Position numbers and translations under genes: made by a program. Under the pieces are notes generated by a model. It saw only the letters and a list, made by a program, of their open reading frames with translations, did no database searches and was not told the DNA's origin. A stretch of DNA of 64,000 bases from Singulisphaera sp. GP187 (GTDB taxonomy: Bacteria > Planctomycetota > GCA-002687715): NCBI GenBank assembly GCA_945907755.1, contig CAMDTN010000002.1, positions 55-64,054 of the forward strand, written 5' to 3'. Below, one piece after another: positions 1 to 8,668 of the stretch (within the stretch, counting starts at the first letter, position 1; the number at the start of each line of letters is the position of its first letter).

Positions 1-221
1 GTACTGCTGCTTCCAGCGGTAGTAGGTCTGCTCGCTGACTTCGAGCCGCTGCAAGATCTTGGCCAAGTCTTCGCCTTGGCCCGCGGCCAATTCAGCATCA
101 CGCAGCTTCTTGATGATCTCGTCCGGGCCGTGTCGTTTACGCTTCTTCAAGAGAGACTCCTTGCCCCTTCTGGGGCTAGTGACTCTCATAACTCATGGAC
201 CACTTTTCGGGGGTCAGGTCA
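1..221 (-). mobile_element. Partial IS3-family insertion sequence (IS407-like end). The transposase OrfA N-terminus (ATG at 188, running off the left window edge) and a terminal inverted repeat ending at 221 are in-window.
   Basis: Minus-strand translation from ATG at 188 gives MRVTSPRRGKESLLKKRKRHGPDEIIKKLRDAELAAGQGEDLAKILQRLEVSEQTYYRWKQQY, a typical IS3-family OrfA helix-turn-helix ending in the YYRWKQQY motif. Minus-strand sequence from 221 reads TGACCTGACCCCCGAAAAGTGGTCC, resembling IS407-group terminal IRs (TGACCTGCCCCC...). Confidence 0.55.
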
Positions 222-240
222 GTGCCGCTTGGACCGCGCA

Positions 241-2823
241 TCAGCCATCCGTGAGCGACACAGCAAGGGTGGCGCAGGCGGAGCGAGGGGCAGGGCCCTC
301 GAAGTAGATGTGCACTTGGTAAGCGCCGGGAGGTAGCGCGGCGGGGAGAGCGAGGGTGGTCGTGAACGCGCCGTTGACATCGGCCAGCGCACTCGCAAGG
401 GTTGGTGGGTTGGGGTTCTTGATTGTCGGCTTGGCCGTGAAGCGCGCGCTAAGCGTGCCAGCTTCAGGCGCAGTGCCGGTAATTTGCAAGTCTTGGCCAC
501 TGGCAGCAGTGCCTTTCAAAGCGATGTCCGCGAGTTCGGCGGGCACAGGCAAGCGCGTGGCTGGGTCGCCAAAGAGCGCATACAGCGCCGCGTGATCGCG
601 CACCAAACGCGTTGCATCCACTGCTTGAGACAAGAAATTCCTTGCCAGTGCTCCCATGGGCCCGTGCGCTTCGTCGAACATGGCTTTCTTCGCTAGCAGC
701 AGGCCTTCACCAAGGGTGCCGTCACGGAACAGCGCAGCAGGAATGGCCATGCCTAACAGCGCATTGGGGAACGGATGCGACACGCGCGTGGAAGCGATCA
801 CTGCCACAGGGCCATCTGCACCCAGCAACAACTGCTCGGCCAGACAGTCGGATTCGGGCACATCGAATTCGCCAGCAGAACATGCCAGCAACAACATCGC
901 CGGCGTGCGGCCGCCGAGGCGCAGCGCGCCCGCTTCTTGAGATTGCAGCATGCGCACAGAACCTCTGTCGGTTCGCCGCGGTGCCAGCGCATCACGCCCA
1001 GCATGTCCGGCATAAGCAAAAACGAGAGCGCCTGCGTCCAAGCGTTCGGCCAAGGCAACACCCAATGCCACATTGTCCATGTCGCCGCCGGCATCCAGCA
1101 CCGACAGCGCAAAGCGTGCGGGCACTGCTTTGGTGAGCACACTTGTGGCCACGATCTTCAACGCAGCATCGGCGGCGGGACTGAAGCCAGGCACGCCAGA
1201 GAAGAAGGCGAGTTGCCCGCGCCACGCACCAGTCACAGGTGCCGTTTCAAGTTTGATGATGCGCGCGATGAGATCTCGTAGTGCTTCCGGCGTGCGCGCA
1301 GGAATGCGTCCAACGGCGACTTCGGGTAGGCCATCGGCATCGAGGTCGCCCAACAACGGATCTGCTGCGGTGGCACCGTTGTAGAGCGTTGGCACCTGCA
1401 AGGCGGGAATCGTCTCGCGCTCGGAAATGCCAGTGACATCACGGTCGGCGTCGCCCAAGAGCAACAAAAACCGTGGCGGCTTGCCCGTTTGCTGCGCCAA
1501 GCGTTGCAGCAACAAGCGCGGAGCGTCGGCGTTGGGCTGGCCTGCGCACAAGCCGTCGTAAAGCGCACGCGCCTCCAGCACGAGGGTCTTCAAACCTTGC
1601 GAAGCGCGGTGCAGTGCCAGCACATCAGCGTGCACGCGGAAGCGCGCCGCGGTGACGCAAACCCAATCCACAGGTTCTGTCGGCAGCAGTTTGGCCAAGT
1701 CGATGAGCGGGGCCACATTCAGCGGCGCCTTCAAGCTGCGCATATTGGCGGCCGCTAAAGTCAGCGCCGTGCCCGCGGGGATTGCTACTTGTTGGTCGGC
1801 GCACAGTTGCTGGCGCGTCGCGTCGTAGAGCTTCCAATGATTGCGGCCACGCTGGCGAACTTCAACGACCCGCGCCGCAGGGCGCGGTGCCAAGTGGTAG
1901 ACGAGTTGTTCTTCGGGGTTGCCGGGGCCGTAGAGCAGCGCGGTGGTTTCGAGAGTGGCTGCGGTGACCAGCACAAAGCAACGTTCTGAACCGCCCAATT
2001 CGTTGCCGGGTTCGGCATAGCGCGCTTGCTCGGAAACATTCTGCACCGCGATGGAGTTGCGGCTGCGCACCACGCCGCGCTCTAAGCGCAGTTGCAATTC
2101 GCGCGCGCCAGGGGCGCTCCATTCCAAGCGGCCTGCTTCCACGCCGTTCACCAACACGCACAACTGCTGTTTCAAACTGGTTATTGGAGGGCCCATCACG
2201 GTCAGCCGCAAGAATGCTGGTGCATCGGGCAGTGGCGGCGGATCCATCTCCACCACGAACGAGCATGTGGTGTCGGTGGCGCCAGCGTTGCCTTTGGCAC
2301 GGGGGGCCATGGCCTTGCCGCGAACCCAGTGCTGCAGCGGTGCTGCCAAGTCGTTGCACGCAGCGTCGATGCTCTCAACAGCGGCGTACACCTGCGGCGC
2401 GCCAAGGGTGTGCAGCAGCACGGCCTCTTGAACGGGCACTAATCCGTCCGAAGGCGCGGTGGCGGCTTGGCCGAAGGTTGGCCCGTTAGTCTGCCAACCA
2501 AGCACAAACCGCAAGGCATTGCGCCCGAGTGCCGCCGGCGCGGGCGCGAAGAAGATGATGACATCGCCGCGGTCGAAGGTGCGGTCGCTCAGGCCTTCGA
2601 AGGCGAGCGCCACCTGCTTGCCATCCAAACTGAGGTTGATGCGTTCCGTGCGGATGCGCGCGGGGTCGCCGTGGGGGGCGAGTTCATCCCAGCCCACGGC
2701 GTGCATGCCTTCTTGCGTCGTGGTGACGCGCAGCGTGGGTGGCGCGCTTTGCGCCAATGCCGCGGGCACCAAGCTGAGGATTAATCCGACACAATGGAGC
2801 AGAATTGTAGAAATGCTGTGCAT
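241..2823 (-). CDS. Secreted peptidase C25 (gingipain-like) family cysteine peptidase
   Basis: Signal peptide MHSISTILLHCVGLILSLVPAALAQ. Caspase-like His/Cys dyad context YAGHAGRDAL ... LLLACSAGEFD, as in gingipain family C25. Large protein (about 860 aa) with C-terminal beta-rich region. Confidence 0.5.
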   Translation of the reverse strand: MHSISTILLHCVGLILSLVPAALAQSAPPTLRVTTTQEGMHAVGWDELAPHGDPARIRTERINLSLDGKQVALAFEGLSDRTFDRGDVIIFFAPAPAALGRNALRFVLGWQTNGPTFGQAATAPSDGLVPVQEAVLLHTLGAPQVYAAVESIDAACNDLAAPLQHWVRGKAMAPRAKGNAGATDTTCSFVVEMDPPPLPDAPAFLRLTVMGPPITSLKQQLCVLVNGVEAGRLEWSAPGARELQLRLERGVVRSRNSIAVQNVSEQARYAEPGNELGGSERCFVLVTAATLETTALLYGPGNPEEQLVYHLAPRPAARVVEVRQRGRNHWKLYDATRQQLCADQQVAIPAGTALTLAAANMRSLKAPLNVAPLIDLAKLLPTEPVDWVCVTAARFRVHADVLALHRASQGLKTLVLEARALYDGLCAGQPNADAPRLLLQRLAQQTGKPPRFLLLLGDADRDVTGISERETIPALQVPTLYNGATAADPLLGDLDADGLPEVAVGRIPARTPEALRDLIARIIKLETAPVTGAWRGQLAFFSGVPGFSPAADAALKIVATSVLTKAVPARFALSVLDAGGDMDNVALGVALAERLDAGALVFAYAGHAGRDALAPRRTDRGSVRMLQSQEAGALRLGGRTPAMLLLACSAGEFDVPESDCLAEQLLLGADGPVAVIASTRVSHPFPNALLGMAIPAALFRDGTLGEGLLLAKKAMFDEAHGPMGALARNFLSQAVDATRLVRDHAALYALFGDPATRLPVPAELADIALKGTAASGQDLQITGTAPEAGTLSARFTAKPTIKNPNPPTLASALADVNGAFTTTLALPAALPPGAYQVHIYFEGPAPRSACATLAVSLTDG

Positions 2824-3028
2824 GAGGACTCCGGGAGGCCCAGTATAGATGCGCATACGGCGCAGCGCGAAACCCACACGGAATGACGGAAAGCCTAGTG
2901 GCAGCGCAGGAAGGGCTCAGTATCGGCGTGGCTCCGGCCGAAAGAGGGCTTGGGAATTACAAACCCTTGGTGCGCCTTTACCGGGAGCACTCGAAAATAA
3001 CGCCCGCTCGACCGCTGGGAGAATATCT

Positions 3029-3526
3029 GTGAGATTCAAGCTCCAAACTGACTACGCACTCCGTGCGATCATGTTCATGTCCGCCAAGCAGGGCGGCAAC
3101 AGCACCACCGACGAGATCGCTGCGTATTTCCAGATCTCCTCGGCCCATCTGGGTCGGGTGATTCGGCGTCTTCAGAACCTCGGCCTCGTTAAGGCTGTGC
3201 GTGGCCGCAAGGGCGGCGTTCGCATGGCGCGCGATCCGAAAAATCTGACCGTCGCTGAAGTCATCCAGACTTTAGAAAGCAATCCAACGCCGCTGCTGCG
3301 CGAATGCAACGCGACCGCAGAGCAAGACGGGTGCCGCCTCGAAGCGGTGCTGCGTCGCGGCCACGGACTGTTCTTGAACTACATGGGCCAAGTGAACTTC
3401 GGTGACCTTACCAAGGAAGGCATGCCGCCAGCCTCGGTGTACGCGCACAACAACCAGCTTGTTGATGGCGACGAAGTGGCCTTTCCGGATCCGGTGATGC
3501 CGCGTCTGCAACCAGCTCAAGTCTGA
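3029..3526 (+). CDS. Rrf2 family transcriptional regulator (IscR/NsrR-like). GTG start.
   Basis: VRFKLQTDYALRAIMFMS...STTDEIAAYFQISSAHLGRVIRRLQNLGLVKAVRGRKGGVRMAR is a typical Rrf2 winged-HTH. No ATG start; in-frame GTG at 3029. Confidence 0.7.
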   Translation: MRFKLQTDYALRAIMFMSAKQGGNSTTDEIAAYFQISSAHLGRVIRRLQNLGLVKAVRGRKGGVRMARDPKNLTVAEVIQTLESNPTPLLRECNATAEQDGCRLEAVLRRGHGLFLNYMGQVNFGDLTKEGMPPASVYAHNNQLVDGDEVAFPDPVMPRLQPAQV

Positions 3527-3591
3527 GCCTCAACATCCAACCTCATTTCGCTGGCCGTACTCTTCGGAGGGCGGTCGGCGTCGCTTTTGGG

Positions 3592-4419
3592 TCAGGCGTT
3601 CGGTTTGCGCAGCGCCAACATGCTGAGGGCCGTGATCACAACTGCGGCGCCTACTGCGGACAGCAGCGATGGCGTTTGCGCGAAGAAAACCCACGCGAAC
3701 AGTAATCCGAACAGCGGGCCGGTCATGGTCACTGCTGTCGCGCGCGCGGCCTGTGCGCGGGCCAAACCAAGGGTCAACACGATCTGTCCGGCCAGACCAG
3801 TGAGCATGACGCTGGCGTAGCCGATGGTTTCAGTTCCCGTCGCAGGCAACAGGCTGGTGCCATCGGCAACGCACATCGCGGTTGAGCCAACCATGCTGAT
3901 GGCGGGGAACCAAAACATGATGGTGATGGGGTGATCGCTGCGCGCCAAGTGCCGCACAGACATGTATGCAATGCCAGAGAGCAGCGAGCCGCTGAGCCCC
4001 AATGCGACGCCAGAATCCAGCGAGCCTTCAGCGCCAACGACGAGTGCGAGGCCCATGAATGCGATGGTCACTAGTGCCCAATGCGCGCGGCTAGCGAATT
4101 CGCCCATGAACAGCGGCGCGAGGAGTGCCACGAACAGTGGGTTGCTGTATTGCAACAACACGGCATTGCCGAGTTGCAGGTGCTGCACCGAAGCGAAATA
4201 GCAAGACAGGGCGAGGTAGCCGACAACGCCCCGCAGTAGCAGCGCGCGCCGATTGGTGCCAGTCAGGCGCACACCGCGGCGCCACGCTTCAGCACCCAAC
4301 AACGCGCACATGCCTGCGCCACGCCAAAACACGATGACTTGCGGCGGCGCTTCTGGCAGGAGCAGCTTCACCAGCGCGGCCATCAGCGCGAAGCAGAAGG
4401 CCGAGGCCGCCATCAGCAC
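3592..4419 (-). CDS. DMT superfamily (EamA-like) transporter
   Basis: 10-TM hydrophobic profile in two EamA-like halves; glycine/leucine-rich polytopic membrane protein of 275 aa. Confidence 0.6.
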   Translation of the reverse strand: MLMAASAFCFALMAALVKLLLPEAPPQVIVFWRGAGMCALLGAEAWRRGVRLTGTNRRALLLRGVVGYLALSCYFASVQHLQLGNAVLLQYSNPLFVALLAPLFMGEFASRAHWALVTIAFMGLALVVGAEGSLDSGVALGLSGSLLSGIAYMSVRHLARSDHPITIMFWFPAISMVGSTAMCVADGTSLLPATGTETIGYASVMLTGLAGQIVLTLGLARAQAARATAVTMTGPLFGLLFAWVFFAQTPSLLSAVGAAVVITALSMLALRKPNA

Positions 4420-4466
4420 GAGGCCGCTGCGTTCGAGCGGGTGGCTGTTGGAAGTGCCTAAGTGCG

Positions 4467-4982
4467 TCAGGCTTCGGCGCCTTCGTGGAACGCTGCGGGG
4501 CGCGGAATGGAAACGCCCACGATTTCAGCCTCGAAGGCCATGCGCCCATTCAACAGCCCTTGCACCGCGAAGCGCGAGAGGCGGCGGTTGAACACGAGGT
4601 CTTTGCACAGCATGTAGAAGCGCTGGCCGGGGCGGCCTTGTTGGCGGAAGCGCACTTTTTCGATGCCACCGAACCCGAAGATCATGTTGGGGTCGATGCC
4701 GAATTTTTCGTGGTAGCAGAACGAGCTGAGTTGCGCGGCGGCTTCGATCATCAGTGCACCAGGAAACAACGGCATCCCGGGCACATGCCCACGCACCCAG
4801 AACGCGTCGTCGCGCAGGTCGTGGTAGCCGATGGCATCCATGCTTGTCGTGTCGAAATGCACGATGGCGTCCAGCAATTCCATCTCGAAGCGGTGGGGAT
4901 TGCGCTTGCGAATCTCAGCGGGGCCATAGACCACTTTGTTGAGATCAATCTGGGACAAATCGAAAAATGCTTCGGCGGCCAT
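4467..4982 (-). CDS. FabZ/FabA-like 3-hydroxyacyl-ACP dehydratase (hotdog fold)
   Basis: HFDTTS...WVRGHVPGMPLFPGALMIEAAAQLSSF matches the FabZ/FabA active-site region (His ... GHFPG.P..PG.L.IEA.AQ). Confidence 0.6.
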   Translation of the reverse strand: MAAEAFFDLSQIDLNKVVYGPAEIRKRNPHRFEMELLDAIVHFDTTSMDAIGYHDLRDDAFWVRGHVPGMPLFPGALMIEAAAQLSSFCYHEKFGIDPNMIFGFGGIEKVRFRQQGRPGQRFYMLCKDLVFNRRLSRFAVQGLLNGRMAFEAEIVGVSIPRPAAFHEGAEA

Positions 4983-4995
4983 AGTTGCCTCGGGA

Positions 4996-5607
4996 TCAGT
5001 GCACCGCTGAGGGTGCTGGAATATTTTGCAATGCACTTTGCAAGTGCGCTACGAGGTTTTCGCTGGCTTGGCGCAGCGCGTCGCCCAGTGCGGCGACGAG
5101 TTGGGCAGGCGCCGATCCCGTGGCCACAGCGCCGCCTTGAGTGCGTAGTGTCCACAAGACTTCGCGTCCGCCGCCGCGCAGCAGCGACGCTTCCAGCAAC
5201 ACGGCGCTGCGTAGGCCGCCTTCTTCAGCAGCGACTTCCTCAAGTTCGAAGCGCGTCACGCGCAAGCGCAAGGTGAGGTCGGTTTGGCCTTGCACCCCGG
5301 GCGGCAGAGCGAAGCGCACTTGGCCCGACGCGTTCAGCAATTCCACCACCCAATCCGCAACCATATCGCCCACGGGCGTGGCGAAGCGCGACCAATACAA
5401 ATGATCGACGCGGCCGTCGCGGCGCACCAAGGTGAGCCCCGCGATGTGGTCTGCCACAGCAGGCGCAGCAACGCTGATGGTTGGCGCAGCAGCAGCGATG
5501 GCGGCAGGAGCTGGCAGCAACGGTGGGCGCAGCAGATAGTCCTGTTCTTGCTGCACGCTGGTGGCGCAGCCAACGCACAGCACAAGCAAGAGGGCGGCAC
5601 ATTTCAT
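4996..5607 (-). CDS. Mce-associated ABC-transport auxiliary lipoprotein (DUF330-like)
   Basis: Lipoprotein signal MKCAALLLVLCVGC. ATGA overlap with upstream MlaD/Mce gene; this position is typical of the Mce-operon auxiliary lipoprotein. Confidence 0.45.
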   Translation of the reverse strand: MKCAALLLVLCVGCATSVQQEQDYLLRPPLLPAPAAIAAAAPTISVAAPAVADHIAGLTLVRRDGRVDHLYWSRFATPVGDMVADWVVELLNASGQVRFALPPGVQGQTDLTLRLRVTRFELEEVAAEEGGLRSAVLLEASLLRGGGREVLWTLRTQGGAVATGSAPAQLVAALGDALRQASENLVAHLQSALQNIPAPSAVH

Positions 5608-6683
5608 TTCGATGGCTCCGGAACGGCGATTTCCTGTGGTTTCTCACCAAAGAGCAGTGCGCGCGGGTTGTGGCGCAGCATGCGCAACAAGCCATCAAGC
5701 GTGGCGCTGGTGGCGCGCAAATCCGTCGCTAACGGCCCGAGTCCATTTTGGCCCAGGTCCTGCAATTCTGTTTGCGCGATGTCTGCCAGTGCACTGACAC
5801 TTGCTTGCATTGCCGCCAGCTCCGCTACCGCTTCCTCCAGTGCAGGGCGAATATTGTTATCGGCCAAATACTTGCGCATCGCTGCGCCGCCAGCCGCCAG
5901 CTCGTCGTTGAACTGCTTCAGAGTCTTGCTGATGCCGTCGGAGATTTCTTCCAGCCGCCCGCTTTGCAAGTACTCGTCGAGGTGGCCGCTGATGCGATCG
6001 AAATTGTCGACGATGCGCAAGATGGATTGCTCGCGCCGTTCGAGAATGCGCGAGCCGCGCTCGCCCAAGTCTTGAAATGCCGTCATCATCCCGGTGGCCT
6101 TGCTGGTGATGGTGTCGAAGTTCTCAGAAGCGCGCGCGAGCGTGTCGTTGAAGTTGTCGATGGCGTCCCAGAGCTTCGCTTGCCGGTCCGGCGTCAAGAA
6201 CTCGTTCAGCTTCAGCACCAAGTTGTCGATGTTCGCTACCAGCGATTCGCTGCTTTTCAGGATCTTGCTGAGGGTGGATGGGTCTGCCGGGATGGCCGAG
6301 CCCGGCGGCAACTTGGGCGACCCAGGACGCGTGCCCAAGAGCTCGATGTAGTAGGGCCCGAGGAAAGTGGCCGATGCAATACGCGCTTGAGTGGATTCGG
6401 TGATGGGCGTGTCGGGGTCGACTGCCAATGTCACAGTGATCCATTCCGCATTGGTTGGGTCCACCACGATGCGCCGAATGCTGCCGAAGCGCACGCCTTT
6501 GTAGCGGACGGGCGAGCCTTCATCGATGCCGATGATGGAGTCGGTGAACTGCAAGGTGTACTCCACCTTGTTGTCACCGAAGGGCAACCCCACAAATGCC
6601 GTGACCACCCCAATCACTAGGAGTATCCCAGCGCCGAGGAAAAATAGCGCCTGATGGCGTTCGCCTCTCTCCAGTTTCTTCAC
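5604..6683 (-). CDS. mlaD: MlaD/Mce-family substrate-binding protein
   Basis: N-terminal TM followed by MCE domain (VEYTLQFTDSIIGIDEGSPVRYKGVRFGSIRRI) and long C-terminal helical region. Confidence 0.7.
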   Translation of the reverse strand: MKKLERGERHQALFFLGAGILLVIGVVTAFVGLPFGDNKVEYTLQFTDSIIGIDEGSPVRYKGVRFGSIRRIVVDPTNAEWITVTLAVDPDTPITESTQARIASATFLGPYYIELLGTRPGSPKLPPGSAIPADPSTLSKILKSSESLVANIDNLVLKLNEFLTPDRQAKLWDAIDNFNDTLARASENFDTITSKATGMMTAFQDLGERGSRILERREQSILRIVDNFDRISGHLDEYLQSGRLEEISDGISKTLKQFNDELAAGGAAMRKYLADNNIRPALEEAVAELAAMQASVSALADIAQTELQDLGQNGLGPLATDLRATSATLDGLLRMLRHNPRALLFGEKPQEIAVPEPSK

Positions 6684-6758
6684 GCGCGCAGGATACTTCC
6701 CCGCGGCCCGCCGTGGAAGCGTGCCCCGCGCCTGAATGCAGCGGTTATCTTCTGGCCC

Positions 6759-7868
6759 ATGAGCGGGCAGGCCACTTGTGAACGCAACGCCGAAGGCGTT
6801 TGGATTCTGCGCCCCGATCCTGCTGCGTTTTCAGAAGACCCAGGGGAGGCGCTGGCGCCCGCCGCTTTGCTGCCGGCCGATGCGCAAGGAAAGGCCATCA
6901 TCGATCTGCGCGGCAGCGGCCCGTTGCAGACTCTTGGGGTGGCGGTGCTGCAACGCAGTGTTGCGGTGCTTCAAGCCCGTGGGCTGGACGTGCGCCTGCA
7001 AGCAGACCCCGAACAAGCGCGTATCTTGCGCGTGTACGGCGGTGGCGTGGCCGCGCCGCTCCAAGCCGAGCACCCTCAGGGGTTGGAGCGCATCCTGCAA
7101 GGTGTCATTTCGGTGCGCGAAGCCGCCCTCACTTCTGCGTGGTTGCTGCGCGGCACCCTCAAGCACGCGCTGGTTCAAACTTTGCGCCCCAGTCGCCGTG
7201 ACGATGGGCGCATGTTGTCCAATGTGGTGCAAATCGGATTCGACGCCATCCCGTTGGTGGCATTGATCGGCTCCATGTTAGGGATCATCCTCGCGCTGCA
7301 ATCCGCTCCGATCCTGCGCATGTGGGGCCAAGAGTTGCGCGTGGCCGACCTCGTGGGTTTGTCCATGTGCAAAGAGATCGGGCCGTTGCTGACAGCGGTG
7401 CTCATCGCCGGGCGCAGCGGCAGCGCGCTGGCCGCCGAAATCGGCACCATGAAGATGAACGAAGAACTGGATGCCATGACCGTCATGGGCTTGGATCCGG
7501 TGGCGCTGCTGGTGGCGCCGCGCATGCGCGCCATCTTGCTGGCTTTGCCGCTGGTCACCCTGATGGGCGACATGCTGGGCATCATGGGCGGGTTTTTTAT
7601 CGGCACTACGGTGCTGGAAATAGCGCCAGGTCAGTACATCACGCAGACACTGGAGCAGGTGCCGCTGAACGATATTCTCGGTGGCCTGGTGAAATCGGCA
7701 CTGTTCGGCGTGGTCATTATCACCGTCAGTGCGTGGCAGGGATTCGCCACATCCGGTGGCGCTAGCGGCGTCGGGCGCAGCGCCACGCGCTCGGTGGTGT
7801 ATTCGATTCTGTGGATCATCATCGTGGACGCCGCCTACACTTCGGTGGACATCAGCTTGGACCTGTGA
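6759..7868 (+). CDS. mlaE: ABC transporter permease MlaE with N-terminal fused STAS (MlaB-like) domain
   Basis: N-terminal IDLRGSGPLQTLGVAVLQRSVAVLQARGLDVRLQADPEQARIL is STAS-like. The C-terminal part is a typical MlaE permease (LVALIGSMLGIILALQSAPILRMWGQE...EELDAMTVMGLDP). Confidence 0.65.
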   Translation: MSGQATCERNAEGVWILRPDPAAFSEDPGEALAPAALLPADAQGKAIIDLRGSGPLQTLGVAVLQRSVAVLQARGLDVRLQADPEQARILRVYGGGVAAPLQAEHPQGLERILQGVISVREAALTSAWLLRGTLKHALVQTLRPSRRDDGRMLSNVVQIGFDAIPLVALIGSMLGIILALQSAPILRMWGQELRVADLVGLSMCKEIGPLLTAVLIAGRSGSALAAEIGTMKMNEELDAMTVMGLDPVALLVAPRMRAILLALPLVTLMGDMLGIMGGFFIGTTVLEIAPGQYITQTLEQVPLNDILGGLVKSALFGVVIITVSAWQGFATSGGASGVGRSATRSVVYSILWIIIVDAAYTSVDISLDL

Positions 7869-7870
7869 GC

Positions 7871-8668
7871 ATGGCGAACGAGCAACCACAAGCAGCCATC
7901 CGCACCACTGGGCTCGCATGCGGCTACGACGGCAATGTCGTGCTGCAAGATGTGAACATAGAGGTGCCGCGCGGACGCATCACCTGCGTGCTTGGTGGCA
8001 GCGGCTGCGGTAAATCCACGCTGCTGAAAACGTTGTTGCTGTTGGAAGCGCCTCTGGCGGGTTCGGTTTGGTTTGAGGATGTTGAATTGGCCTGTTGCGA
8101 TTGTGCGCGTTTGCAAACGCTGCGACAGAGCGTGGGCGTGCTCTTCCAAGGCGCGGCGTTATTCAACAGTCTCACTCTGTTGGAGAATGTGGCCTTTCCG
8201 CTGCTCGAACTGACCGAGTTGGATGAAGAGATCGCACTGGAAACAGCGCGCCTGAAACTTGGGCTGGTGGGGCTTGGGCCGTATGCGCAGTTCTTGCCCG
8301 CGGAAGTCAGCGGTGGCATGCGCAAACGCTGCGGCATCGCGCGAGCGTTGGTGCGCGACCCCGCGGTTCTCTTTCTGGACGAACCCGGCGCGGGCTTAGA
8401 TCCGATCACTTCAGCCGCGCTGGATCGAATGATTGTTGGCATCCGCGACAGCTTGGGCACCACCATGGTGGTGGTGACGCACGAGCTCACCAGCATTCGC
8501 GCCATCGCGGACCACTGCATCATGTTGGTCGACGGGCGCGTCGCGGCCCAAGGCACGGTGGCACAAGTTCTGGCCAGCGGCGCCAAAGGTGTGCGCGAGT
8601 TTTTCGAACGCATTCCGCCCGACGAACCGCAGCGCTCTGATGGCCTCGCTGCGCTGCTGCTGCCTTAG
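7871..8668 (+). CDS. mlaF: ABC transporter ATP-binding protein MlaF
   Basis: Walker A GGSGCGKST, signature LSGGMRKR, Walker B VLFLDEP. Start MANEQ immediately after mlaE stop. Confidence 0.75.
   Translation: MANEQPQAAIRTTGLACGYDGNVVLQDVNIEVPRGRITCVLGGSGCGKSTLLKTLLLLEAPLAGSVWFEDVELACCDCARLQTLRQSVGVLFQGAALFNSLTLLENVAFPLLELTELDEEIALETARLKLGLVGLGPYAQFLPAEVSGGMRKRCGIARALVRDPAVLFLDEPGAGLDPITSAALDRMIVGIRDSLGTTMVVVTHELTSIRAIADHCIMLVDGRVAAQGTVAQVLASGAKGVREFFERIPPDEPQRSDGLAALLLP

Noticed and set aside
775-1281. Long plus-strand ORFs antisense to the C25 peptidase gene (for example 612-1136, 775-1281)
   Set aside because: Typical antisense open frames in high-GC DNA (Arg/Ala/Pro-rich, no motifs). The peptidase frame carries real domain signatures.
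5284-6620. Plus-strand ORFs 5284-6075 and 5748-6620, antisense to the Mce lipoprotein/MlaD genes
   Set aside because: GC-rich antisense artefacts. The minus-strand genes have a signal peptide, a TM and an MCE domain.
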